From Amoebidium appalachense (taxonomy: Eukaryota > Protista > Ichthyosporea), in the NCBI GenBank assembly GCA_963693365.1, contig CAVNZM010000002.1:1859649-1923648 (forward strand): 64,000 nucleotides of DNA, in the 5' to 3' direction. Of this stretch, positions 1-12,600 are shown piece after piece; within the stretch, counting starts at the first letter, position 1; every line of letters starts with the position of its first letter. A program made the position numbers and the translations under genes. The notes under the pieces were generated by a model. That model worked only from the letters and a program-made list of their open reading frames with translations, was not told the origin of the DNA and did not search any database.

Positions 1-1182
1 GTGGACACGTCTGCACGTGTCTGTGCCTGCTGTGTACGGGCCAGAGCTGCATCACGTGCAGCCCGGGCCCGGGTTAGGAGCTGCTCCCGGAACTCAGTCC
101 AGTGGGGATAGGTTAGTCGGTCAGCCCCCCCCATCGGCAAAAGTGCCGTATCTAACAAACTAATAGCCTCCTGCCCATAGACCAAATAAAACGGAGAAAA
201 ACCAGTCACAGCATGAGGGGTAGAATTATATGAATGAGCAATAAACCTAGACATATGATCCCAATCATTAGCCTCCACATCCACCATTTTGCCAAAGGAC
301 TTCTGAAACACTGCATGCACACGTTCAGAGATGGCATTTGCTTGAGGGTGATATGCAGACGTAGTGATATGAGCTACCCTTAAAATTTTACACACCTCCG
401 ACACCAACTGATTTAAAAACACACGACTCCTATCCGTTAACAAAACACGAGGACAACCAAACCTAAGACAAATTTCATCCACAAAAATACGAGCAAACAA
501 AACGGCATTAGCAGTGGGGAGAGGAAAAACTTCAACCCAACGAGTGGCCACATCGGTGACGGTAACAAGAACAGTGTTACCCTCAACCGTAGAATTAAAA
601 GGACCGACCACATCCACTGCTACCCTTTCAAACATACGAACATTAAAATCCCTAATAAACGACGGGCGGGAACGAGAGTGGGGACTCTCATTCCTTTCCT
701 GACAATGCATGCATGACAACACATAATCCCTCACCTCCCTACTCATACCCGGCCAAAAATACGAACGATTAACACGAAGCAACGTCCTATTTACACCTAA
801 ATGACCAGCCATGGGATGCTCATGCACCATATGCAAAACCTCAGGCACAAGTGCCGTCGGGACCCAAACTCGGTGTCCGTCTGGCCCAGAACAATGATAA
901 ACTAAATCCTGCTCTACCTGACACATTTTTGCTAACTTAGCTACCTTAATCATCTGCCTTCTATTTTTAAATTTAATCGAATCAACCGGCCCCTTTAAAT
1001 AATTCTTAACCAGACCAATCAACACATCATCCTCCTGAGCTAAGATCAAAGCCGTAGGTGCTAAGGCAGGGGCCGAGCCATGAGACTCGGTCCCGACCTC
1101 AGACACTGACAAATACCTCCCCCCCCCTCTCCTACACTTATAAGCAAGCAACCCCGGAACCCAAGAAGACACATCCACAGAC
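1..1182 (-). pseudogene. Ty3/Gypsy integrase region (HHCC zinc finger + DDE core), frameshifted, interrupted at 1183 by Copia-1
   Basis: Manual minus-strand translation gives HMVHEHPMAGHLGVNRTLLRVNRSYFWPGM..CMHC, RVAVDVVGPF, RFGCPRVLLTDRS, SAYHPQANAISERVH and YNSTPHAVTGFSPFYLVYG, with frameshifts between blocks. Confidence 0.9.
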
Positions 1183-1296
1183 TGTTGGAATACGTCACCA
1201 TGTATGACAGCAAGAGCCTTGAAGTATGTATGTGTCCTAGCTTGTTTGTATTCGTGTCTGCTTTCCTCCTTTGTGCTCTCTCTCTCTCCCTCTCTC

Positions 1297-1370
<74 letters not shown>

Positions 1371-3255
1371 CCCCCCCCCCCCCCCGTATCTCTCTGTCCC
1401 TTGTTTCTGTGGGCACAGATATCTGTAGATCTGTGCACACCTGGCTCTCTTGCCTGATAAGAACTTATTGTGTTTTATTTCTATTTGCTCTCCTCTGTTT
1501 ATCTGAGAGGTAGCGTGATTGGCTAGCCTCACTCGTTGTCTTTCCTTTATTTCAAAATGGCCTAGTTTGTTCTCAAAAGGATGGCTCGCCAATAGTCGCG
1601 AGCGAGTACATCTGTAGATTGTGTTGTGCATTCCTGTCTGTTAATATATGTGTGTTGTGATTGGACAATAGATATATATGGAATTCGGTTTATTGCAAAG
1701 TGTCTTCACTTTGAGAGTGTCGACTGTTAGGAAATATATGTATTTAAATAAGTTTCTTTATAGAGACGAACATAAATATATATGTGAGTTAATAGTGACT
1801 AGATGTATAATTACTTAATTTATTTAAGTAAGAGTTTCTACACTTTAGTTTAATCGGAAGTTGGAATGCGTATGCTCTGTCGGAATGTGTTTTTCTATCT
1901 TCTGATAGAACCGATTGGTTCTCCCTCTTTAGTTGTGATAAGGTGATAAGTCGCAAGTACAAAAGGAACCGAGAGCACAATAAAGATTCAGTTGTTGTTT
2001 GAAATCTTTCAATGTCTCGTGAACAACTCCGATTGCCCTCTCATTAATGTGTTAGTCGTGTTTTTACATGACACCTCTGTGCACTCTTGTTGGAAGTAGA
2101 GTCCGCTGTGACTAGGGTCGTCGTGGCGCGCTTGGGCGCTGACCCGTTTTTTACTGCTTTCAGTGTGTTAACTCCATGACTGAACTCCATGACTGAACTC
2201 CATGACTGAACTCCATGACTGAACTCCATGTCTGCACCTGGCAGAGACGTGGTTTATATACCCGTGGGGCAGCAGTCTGGAATGTAATCCGGATGCCAGG
2301 CGCTAATCGGATTGGTTACTTTTATTTAGAGATCTCTGGGACCAGTGAACCAATCGTTTGCAGTCAAAACACAATTGGCAACATTCCTCAACTATGCAGA
2401 TGTGCATGTGGTGATCGAGTGTCAGCGTGTGTCTGTGTACACGGAACCAATTGTAAAGCTAACATACACATATAGTGGAGTGAGCGTAAGTCTGCACTCC
2501 AACACCCCTACCCAATTGGAGAAGTGTACACACCACTAGAGAAGAGAGAGTGAGTGTGGCTGCTTGCAGGGTAGACCGGGGTGTGCATTCCACTGTGGTG
2601 CTTGCCCCGCCAATGAAGTGGAATACTTGACGTTGATGTCGCAGGCTGCTGCGGATGGAGTTTGTGGAAGCGAAAGTCTCTACTTCACGGAAATACGCTC
2701 GCGGGTGTAGGGTACAGCCTAGAAGTCGGTTTCTGGGCTCCTCCGTTCAAGGCGTCGTAGGGGACGTGAAGTTAGAGGCCGCGGTGTCGTGTCTGGGCCC
2801 ATAACCCTGTTGGAAGTAGAGTCCGCTGTGACTAGGGTCGTCGTGGCGCGCTTGGGCGCTGACCCGTTTTTTACTGCTTTCAGTGTGTTAACTCCATGAC
2901 TGAACTCCATGACTGAACTCCATGACTGAACTCCATGACTGAACTCCATGTCTGCACCTGGCAGAGACGTGGTTTATATACCCGTGGGGCAGCAGTCTGG
3001 AATGTAATCCGGATGCCAGGCGCTAATCGGATTGGTTACTTTTATTTAGAGATCTCTGGGACCAGTGAACCAATCGTTTGCAGTCAAAACACAATTGGCA
3101 ACATTCCTCAACTATGCAGATGTGCATGTGGTGATCGAGTGTCAGTGTGTGTCTGTGTACACGGAACCAATTGTAAAGCTAACATACACATATTGTGGAG
3201 TGAGCGTAAGTCTGCACTCCAACACTCTGCTCCCTTAGACCCGTACAAAACAACA
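1183..3255 (+). repeat. Copia-1 5' LTR (~930 bp, with (CT)n/poly-C tract), interrupted by a TRIM
   Basis: Matches 8519-9451 except for the 2088-3224 insert, microsatellite differences and a 5-bp indel. Confidence 0.95.
2088..3224 (-). mobile_element. TRIM (non-autonomous mini-LTR retroelement), copy 1: LTR 417 bp - internal 303 bp - LTR 417 bp
   Basis: Direct repeats 2088-2504 and 2808-3224 with TGTTGGA...TCCAACA ends; on the minus strand PBS GGGTTATGGGCCCAG and PPT GGGTAGGGG; flanking duplication CTCT (or ACTCT if the terminal A is shared). Confidence 0.93.
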
Positions 3256-3269
3256 AGTTAAAGGCCCAT
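3256..3269 (+). promoter_or_regulatory. Copia-1 primer-binding site (half-tRNA type variant AGTTAAAGGCCCAT)
   Basis: Immediately follows the 5' LTR; aligns with the copia half-tRNAiMet PBS GGTTATGGGCCCAG with 4 mismatches. Confidence 0.6.
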
Positions 3270-3374
3270 TTTCGCACGCTCTCGCAAACACATACTCTCG
3301 CTGCAATCAAAAATATTCAAATTTGAATACCGATCTGATTCCTCTCTCACGCATCATCTGACTGATTGATCACC

Positions 3375-6300
3375 ATGTCGGAGAAACCTGCGTATCTCAA
3401 CCTCACCCCCTGGAAAGGGGATGACACCACGGACAAGAAGTCCGGCAAACGTCTCACCTATTATGAGTGGGAACCCGTCATCTTCCGGTACCTACGTACC
3501 ACCACCGCGGCCAAGTTAGTGCCCGTCATCAAGGCCCCCGAGTGGGTCGACCCTTCCGACGAGAATGAGTGGCACGGCTACGACACTGAGGAGGCCTACA
3601 CCGAGGCTTCCAACCTCCTTGAACAGATGTTTACTCAACTCGTCTCCAATGATGAGCTGTATAACTCTGGTCAAATCCACGATGATGTGTCACCTGCCCA
3701 AGCTTTCCACAACCTCCGTATGACCTATGCGGCTGAACGTGAAGATCGTGCTCGTCAAATCCTCCTCGACTACCATGAGCTTGAACTCAAAGACTTCAAG
3801 ACCGTCACGGCCTACCTCACCATGGCACGCCGTCTGTGCACTACCCTGCACATCCTCGAAGAGCCTATTCCTCACAAGACTATGGTTGATAACTTCTTCA
3901 TCCACCTCAAGAAGAACCGTAAGTTAGTTTGTACCGACATCCAGGCCATGATTGCCGACTACTTCCGTCGTACCATTAACTACGAGACCTACAACCGTCT
4001 AATCAGTGACATCAGAGCTGCAGAGATCCGTGAAGGTCTCATCGACTCTGGGTCCGGGTCCTCCTCCACCGTCCGAACAGCACGTGCCCTGCAAAGCCGT
4101 GTACTCACCAAGGACGACCTCAGACACCGGATCCCCCGACGTGACAGCTCCGTCTCCCGTCACCCCCGCGGTCGTCCCACCGATCGATCCCCCTCAGTTG
4201 ACCGTGATTACTCACGGTCCCGTTCCCCCGGCTATCGTTCCCGGTCACCCTACCCCCCACGTAAAGGGGGTAACCGTCATTCCCAGCCACCCCGAGCCAA
4301 GACCACTGGCTCCCTCGACTGTGCCTACTGTCACGAAGACCATCATGTCACACAGTGTGACAAACCTGGCTGCTCAATTGCCCGTCGTCACCGTGCCAAC
4401 ACCAAGTCTGGAAAAGAGGTGCATTTTGCCCTCGTGTCCACCACGGCCTCCCTACCCATGGACCCCTGCTGGGACTCGGCTTCAAACGTCCACGTGTGCC
4501 CAGTAAAAGAGTACTTCTCTACTCTTGAGCCATGCCCCCCGACTGACGTCCACGGCCTCGGCATCGTCACTGCACATCACCGTGGTGTCATCAACCTGGC
4601 CGTCACCTACAACGGAGTAACATCAGTACTGAGCCTCAACACCCTCTATGTACCCGACTCCCCAGCCTTCCTGATATCACCCTCAATGGCCTCCAAGTCG
4701 GGTCTCCTTGCCCACCTCGATGATGAGGATGCATTCCCATCATACCTCTACACTCGTGGTGGCAACATCGTGTGTTCCCTCACAGGCACAGATGGACTGT
4801 ACTTCATCACTGACTATGAGATACGTCCCTCCATCCCTCGGACCGTCACTGCTCTGGTAGCCAACGTCAAGGTCAACAATGATCCTCAGCTCTGGCACCA
4901 CCGTCTCGGCCATCGTGCCCTGTCCACCCTCACCAAGATGGTGAGAGGTGACCTCGTGACAGGCCTCCCCTCATCCCTCTCAGTGGCTGACACCACTGAC
5001 TGCTTCGGTTGTGTCTCCGGCAAGACCACCAAGGCCCCATTCTCCGGCACCAGAACCCAGTGCCCCTTCCCCGGTGCCAAGTGGCACATGGACTTCTTCG
5101 AGCCTCCCTGTGCCTCCTATGGTGGCTACAAGGTGGCCCTCGTGTGTACCTGTGATGCCTCCGGCTACACCATCGTGTACCTCCTCCGTGATCGATCCGA
5201 AACTCTCGAATACGTCAAGGCCCTGGTTGAGACTACTGACAAGCAACCCGACAAGGTGGTGACCCACTTCCGTTCAGACTCTGGGTCCGAGTTCACCTCC
5301 CACGCTATGGAGCAGTACTGCCAGTCCAAGGGCATCATTCAGGAATTTGCCCCGGTTGACTGCCCCCAACTCAACGGCTTCGTTGAACGTAAGATGAGGG
5401 ATCTGCAGGAGATCGTTCGGTGCTTCCTTCATCAGGACAAGGCCGACTCCCTTTCCCCCAAACTGTGGGGAGCTGCTCTCAAGCATGCTGCCTACATCAT
5501 CAACGTGACCCCGGCCAGAGCTGCCAATGGCCGTACACCGTTTGAAATTTTCTACGGTGTCAAGCCTGACATCTCCCACCTGCACGTGTTCGGCTGCCCA
5601 GCCTATGTACACGTCCCTGCATCCAAACGAGACAAGTTGGCCTCTACCGTCAAACTCGGCACCTACGTGGGCTGGGATATCACCAACAAAGCCCACAAGA
5701 TCATGAATCTACGTGGCAACACGGTCAACCTCTACCGCGATGTCGTCTTCGACGAATCACAATTCACCACGGCATCCAATCAGATTTCTGTGCAGGCCAC
5801 CAATCAGACGACCTCAATCGATTCATCCCTGCATTCCGGAAATTCCAATTCCGATGACGATGAAATTCCGTCGGTGATTATCCGTCGTTCCCCCCGTCGT
5901 GTACCTGCCCCCGTGGCTCCCCCCCCCCCCCCCCCCCCCCACCGGTCAGCAACCCCTGCTGCCGGCCCCTGCCGTCAATGACCACGTACCTGGTCATCTC
6001 ACCCCGGTTCGTCCTGGGTCTCCGGAGTTCCACTCGGCCCCGTCCAGCCCCGTGTTATCCGACTCCCCCCTCAACACGGCACCCATCCCTGGCTTCCAGG
6101 CCCCCATCCCCGACCACCGAGTGTCTGTCACAGACAACCCCCCGGCCCCTGAGCCCCTCCGTACCGTTCCCCGTCGTTCCTCCCGTCTCTCCTCCCGGCC
6201 TGCTATGGCTATGGTGAGCATCTCCCGACCCAGCCTTGATGTGTCTCAGCTGCCCCGGTCAATTCAGAAGCTGTGCTCTGGCACCAAGGGTGATGAAGTG

Positions 6301-7800
6301 GTGACTGCCCTCACTGCCGAGTACAAGGCTTTCATCGACAAGGACATCTTCGACGTAGTTGAGCCCCCCTCCGATGCCAACATCATCCGATTCAAGTGGA
6401 TTGTCACGGAGAAGGTCCTCAACTCTGCTGGTGACACCAAGATCAAGGGTCGTGGTGTGCCCAAGGGTTTCACCCAAGTCTACGGTGTTGACTACGGTGA
6501 AAACTCTTCCCCCGTCGTCATGTCCTCCTCCGTCCGTGCCCTGCTTGCCCTCGGTGTGCAACAGGACCACGAGATCCATCAACTCGACATCAGCACGGCC
6601 TTCCTCAACAGCCCCCTCGACGAGACTTTGTACATGGAGCAACCTCCTGGTTTTATCCTCCCTGGCAATGAACACAAATTCTGGAAACTCAAGAAGGCCA
6701 TCTACGGACTCAAGCAGGCATCCCTGGCATGGTACGAGTTCTTCAACTCCATTCTCATTGCCCACGGCCTCACCCGTCTCCGTTCCGATCCGTGTGTGTA
6801 CTTCCGTCAGTTCCCCAACGGGCACATCATCCGTTCGGGCAACTACGTTGATGATGCCATCATCACCTGCACACGGAACTCCACCATCATGCAGGGGCTT
6901 GTTCGTCACATCACGAAGTCTGCCGAGTGCAAGGTCGGTCTGCCAGACATCTTCCTCGGCACCCAACTGCTGTACACCCGTGACTCCCTCAAGCTGCTGC
7001 AGTCCTCCTACATCAAGGACATCATCACCGACTTCAACCTGGTCGATGCCAAGCCTAAGGCCACCCCTATTCCCGTGGGCACCATCATCAACGAGACCTC
7101 CCACTCATCCCTGCCCACCACCGTCCCCTACCGTGAACTCCTCGGCCGTCTGCTGTGGGTTGCTCGGTGCTCCCGGCCTGACATCTCGTATGCCATTGGC
7201 TACCTCGGCCGATTCAGCTCCAAGCCCACCAAGACTGCCTGGGAGCTTCTCCTCCGTGTCGTTCGTTACCTGCTCGGCACCATCAACCTCGGCCTCTACT
7301 ACAAGAAGAAGGCCCCCAACAGCAAGGTGCCCATCCTTGAGTGCTACTCGGATTCTGACTTTGCTGGTTGCCCCACCACCCGTCGTTCCACGTCTGGGTA
7401 CGTCATCCTCCTCGAAGGCTCCCCCGTCACCTACCACTCCAAGCTGCAGACGATCACTGCAACCTCCACGTGTGAGGCCGAGCTCCTGGCCCTCAATGCT
7501 GCCGTGCAAGATGTTGTCTGGCACCGTGATCTACTAAAGGAGCTGGGCTACCCCATGACCGAGCCCACCCCCGTGTACTGTGACAATCAGTCCACCATTG
7601 CTCTGGTCCACTCCAACACCATCAAGCACCGGACCAAGCACATTGCCGTTCGTTACTTCAACACAAAGGACTACATCAACAGTGGGGACGTCACTGTCAC
7701 CTACATCGACACCAAGAAGAACCTGGCCGACATCTTCACCAAGCCTCTGGCTGGTACGGCCCACGACACACACCGTGCCAACCTCAGTCTCCGTGACTGA
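3375..7800 (+). CDS. Copia Gag-Pol polyprotein with one frameshift in a poly-C run at ~5919-5940
   Basis: ORFs 3366-5981 and 5899-7800 together match the intact ORF of Copia-2; motifs CAYCHEDHHVTQC, WDSAS, LWHHRLGH, FRSDSGSEF, NGFVER, YVDD, YSDSD, CEAE, YCDNQ, LADIFTK. Confidence 0.92.
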
Positions 7801-8518
7801 CCCGTGCACTGGTGTTCATCATCGAGTGGTTTCTGAGTAGGTTGGGGCCCTGGACAGCAGTTGACACACCTACGGTGATCAAGATGCCTCCCAACGAAAG
7901 TCTACTACTCCTCATCGTTTCTCTTCATCAGTGGGGACTCAGTCTTCCATCGTCATATGTGTGCATCTTCAGTGGGGATTATTCTCCACCATCCGTCGTT
8001 TATTTATATTCATATCCCACCATATATATTGGTTTTCTTCTATATTCGACTTATATATATGTCGAACTGGGATGGCGTCCCAGTATAAATAATTATCTAT
8101 AGCCATGACGTGCTGTTTGACTGCCAGTCTAAACCTAGTCCACGGGATGCACCTTCCCCGTGTCTTAACTGGTTGACCACCAGTCTATAAATCAGTCCAC
8201 AAGATGTTCATGTCTTGTGTTTACCTGGGTGGTCCCCAGTATAAACCATTAGCCACCAACACGTCACACATACACTAGTGTTTCCTATCTATATATATAT
8301 ATCGCCGATAACCACCATGATTTCTTATTTCGAGTCTTCAGAGGCAACCGTCGTTGTGTGCCTCTTCAGTTTTGATTCTCTCCTTCCCACCTCAAGGATC
8401 TTCGGTTTGCATCCTCGAGTGGGGAAACTTGAGTGTGACGGCCCCTCCTGTGTTTGGACCCCATCTACCGTCACATCAACAGACACGAGAACACAAACTT
8501 CAACCCCTTGAGTGGGGA

Positions 8519-8614
8519 TGTTGGAATACGTCACCATGTATGACAGCAAGAGCCTTGAAGTATGTATGTGTCCTAGCTTGTTTGTATTCGTGTCTGCTTT
8601 CCTCCTTTGTGCTC

Positions 8615-8700
<86 letters not shown>

Positions 8701-9451
8701 CCCCCCCCCCCCCCCCCGTATCTCTCTCTCCCTTGTTTCTGTGGGCACAGATATCTGTAGATCTGTGCACACCTGGCTCTCTTGCCTGATAAGAACTTAT
8801 TGTGTTTTATTTCTATTTGCTCTCCTCTGTTTATCTGAGAGGTAGCGTGATTGGCTAGCCTCACTCGTTGTCTTTCCTTTATTTCAAAATGGCCTAGTTT
8901 GTTCTCAAAAGGATGGCTCGCCAATAGTCGCGAGCGAGTACATCTGTAGATTGTGTTGTGCATTCCTGTCTGTTAATATATGTGTGTTGTGATTGGACAA
9001 TAGATATATATGGAATTCGGTTTATTGCAAAGTGTCTTCACTTTGAGAGTGTCGACTGTTAGGAAATATATGTATTTAAATAAGTTTCTTTATAGAGACG
9101 AACATAAATATATATGTGAGTTAATAGTGACTAGATGTATAATTACTTAATTTATTTAAGTAAGAGTTTCTACACTTTAGTTTAATCGGAAGTTGGAATG
9201 CGTATGCTCTGTCGGAATGTGTTTTTCTATCTTCTGATAGAACCGATTGGTTCTCCCTCTTTAGTTGTGATAAGGTGATAAGTCGCAAGTACAAAAGCCT
9301 TGGAACCGAGAGCACAATAAAGATTCAGTTGTTGTTTGAAATCTTTCAATGTCTCGTGAACAACTCCGATTGCCCTCTCATTAATGTGTTAGTCGTGTTT
9401 TTACATGACACCTCTGTGCACTCTGCTCCCTTAGACCCGTACAAAACAACA
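8519..9451 (+). repeat. Copia-1 3' LTR (933 bp)
   Basis: TG...CA ends, preceded by the PPT, followed by TSD CAGAC. Confidence 0.96.
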
Positions 9452-9654
9452 CAGACACAGCATCTATTCCTTTCTGCTCACTCTCCCCCCCTTCCCCCCT
9501 CCCCCCCCGTCTCCGACTCACTATCCCCCCCTCCCCCTCCTTCTCTTCGTCAAACAAAATATAAGCAGCACGAGAGAGAGCATCACAGTCAACCATTGTT
9601 TCACCCTATGACACCTCTGTGCACTCTGCTCCCTTAGACCCGTACAAAACAACA
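9452..9654. other. Rearrangement junction: 156 bp of Gypsy RNase H end in original orientation (inverted duplicate of 13962-14116) plus the terminal 47 bp of a Copia LTR (9608-9654)
   Basis: 9452-9607 is the reverse complement of 13962-14116; 9608-9654 = ATGACACC...AAAACAACA, followed by GAAAT, the Copia-2 TSD. Confidence 0.88.
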
Positions 9655-12600
9655 GAAATTCCTATTTTAGATGCTTCTAGCACAGCCTTAGGTAGTGCTA
9701 ATAATAGTAGTATGTCTGTGGAAGGTGTTTGTGTGTTGCCGTGTGAGATAGGTGGCCAGGCTATGCATATTGCTTGTTATGTGGTTAAGGATTTAGCTCA
9801 AAGTGTTTTGTTGGGAGCCCCATTTTTCCGTAGACATGTGAATGCTTTGTTTGAACGTACGAATGTTTTAGAATTGCAGTCCGGCGTTAAAATTAAAACC
9901 CATGATGGGCTCGACGGTTATCAGTCTGGTGCTAGAACGGTAGCTGAAGTAGTAATCGAGCCTTATCAGTGCCAAACGGTACGTGTCCGGGCCGGCAATC
10001 ATGTTAGGATAGGGGATTTAGGGGTTTTTACTCCGAAAACCCCATTTCAGGAGGTGGCCCAATGGACCCTTAGTAGGGTATGGCCGGATAAGACAATAGA
10101 AATAGAATTAGTGAATCCGGGCATCGAGCCTATAGTGATTAGGTCAGGTGTTTCCGTCGGTAGTTTCACTAATGAGATTGGTAGTATAGAGGTCTCTCTT
10201 ATTACCCAAAAGGAGGATGCCGGCTCGAAGGGTGACTCAGGAGGAGGGGGAACAACTTTATTTAACGTTAGCCACCAAAATGTCACCCGACACGATGGGG
10301 GGGGGGACCGGGACAGCACCGGTCCCACTCCCCCGACCCCCAAGAGGAAGGAGGGTCACCCCGGGTGTGAGAATGTGCAGGCAGGGGGGGAGGGTGTTGG
10401 TCTAACCCGTGGATCTGACGGGTTAACCAACACCGTGGGGGGCAGGGTGGCCACAGACCTGGCCCCCCACATACATGCACTAACTCATCAGGAATTGCCC
10501 GGGGGCATTGGTGTGCCGGGGGGAGGGGGGGGTGCTAAGGGTGACCGCCTATATCCGGAGGTACCTCAACCTCACCCCGAGCAGCACCGATGTAATACAG
10601 GAGGTGAAATGTTAAGTGGCACTCCGGTGAATAAGGATGCATCCACTTGTGATGGGGGTAACCCGGAGTTAGTATTGCCGTTTGGTATGAAGGAGGGGGA
10701 TTGGACGGTAGAACAGAAAAAATTGCTAGCTAAGTTATTTGATAGGACTCGGTTTGCATTTCTGGCCGATGATAACGAAGTAGGCTTCGTTAAAGGGTTT
10801 GAAATGCAGATCGACACAGGTGATAATAGGCCGGTAGTGATGCCTAGCTATAGAATGGAGCAGTATAAATTGTCGGATGCGCTAATAATAGTGAGTGATA
10901 TGTTAAAAAAGGGTCATGTGGAGCATAGTTCGAGTCCGTGGAGAAGTCCGGTGCTATTGGTTAAGAAGCCCGACGGGTCTTGGCGTCTAGTGAACGATTA
11001 CAGGGCTCTGAATCGGATCACTAAGGCAGACCAATGGCCTCTCCCTAACATAGACGAGCAGCTTTCACAGCTGCACGGCTATACTCAATTTGCTAAACTT
11101 GATTTAAAAGCAGCTTTTTGGCAGATAAGGTTGGAGGAGAGCAGCAAGGAGAAGACTGCCTTTGCACTGGGGGACCAGCTGTTCCAGTACAAGGTGGTGC
11201 CGATGGGTTTGCTCTCCTCTCCAGCTATGTTGTGCCGGGTAATGTATAAAATTCTCCACCCTCATTTGGATGTATGCCACCCTTATTTGGATGATGTTTT
11301 AATTAAAGGTAGGTCATTTGAGGAGTTAGTTAATAATTGTGAAAAAGTATTTTTAGCTTTGGGTGAGTCTGGTCTTCGTATTAGCGGTAGCAAGACTGTG
11401 ATTGGTGTGCCGGAGGTTAAGTTTTTAGGTCATATTGTGTCTAGTAATGGTCTTGCCCCTGATCCGGAGAAAATCCGGGCCATAGTTGAGTGGCCCCGTC
11501 CTCAGACTGTCACTCAACTAAGGCAATTTTTAGGTTTAACTAATTATCTTCGTCGTTATATTAAGGATTATAGTATGAGTTGCTTTGCCGTTAACTAGTC
11601 AGACGGGGGGGGAGAAGAAGAATAGAATAGATTGGAATGTTGATGCTGTTTCTGTTGGAGTGCAGACTTACGCTCACTCCACAATATGTGTATGTTAGCT
11701 TTACAATTGGTTCCGTGTACACAGACACACGCTGACACTCGATCACCACATGCACATCTGCATAGTTGAGGAATGTTGCCAATTGTGTTTTGACTGCAAA
11801 CGATTGGTTCACTGGTCCCAGAGATCTCTAAATGAAAGTAACCATTCCGATTAGCGCCTGGCATCCGGATTACATTCCAGACTGCTGCCCCACGGGTATA
11901 TAAGCCACGGCTCTGCCAGGTGCAGAAATGGAGTTCAGTCATGGAGTTCAGTCATGGAGTAAAGTCATGGAGTTCAGTCATGGAGTTCAGTCATGGAGTT
12001 AACACACTGAAAGCAGTAAAAAACGGGTCAGCGCCCAAGCGCGCCACGACGACCCTAGTCACAGCGGACTCTACTTCCAACAGGGTTATGGGCCCAGACA
12101 CGACACCGCGGCCTCTAACTTCACGTCCCCTACGACGCCTTGAACGGAGGAGCCCAGAAACCGACTTCTAGGCTGTACCCTACACCCGCGAGCGTATTTC
12201 CGTGAAGTAGAGACTTTCGCTTCCACAAACTCCATCCGCAGCAGCCTGCGACATCAACGTCAAGTATTCCACTTCATTGGCGGGGCACGCACCACAGTGG
12301 AATGCACACCCCGGTCTACCCTGCAAGCAGCCACACTCACTCTCTCTTCTCTAGTGGTGTGTACACTTCTCCAATTGGGTAGGGGTGTTGGAGTGCAGAC
12401 TTACGCTCACTCCACAATATGTGTATGTTAGCTTTACAATTGGTTCCGTGTACACAGACACACGCTGACACTCGATCACCACATGCACATCTGCATAGTT
12501 GAGGAATGTTGCCAATTGTGTTTTGACTGCAAACGATTGGTTCACTGGTCCCAGAGATCTCTAAATGAAAGTAACCAATCCGATTAGCGCCTGGCATCCG

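Larger units (their letters stand above)
1183..9451 (+). mobile_element. Full-length Ty1/Copia LTR retrotransposon (Copia-1)
   Basis: Direct LTRs TGTTGGAA...AAACAACA at 1183-3255 and 8519-9451; 5-bp TSD CAGAC (1178-1182 / 9452-9456); domain order gag-PR-IN-RT-RH; PPT GAGTGGGGA before the 3' LTR. Confidence 0.97.

Noticed and set aside
2171-2230. 13-bp repeats and LTR/internal alternation as a CRISPR-like array
   Set aside because: No unique spacers and no cas genes; explained by TRIM LTR structure
5919-5940. Programmed frameshift in Copia-1
   Set aside because: Falls in a long poly-C run where Copia-2 is in frame; more likely a homopolymer sequencing error or slippage mutation
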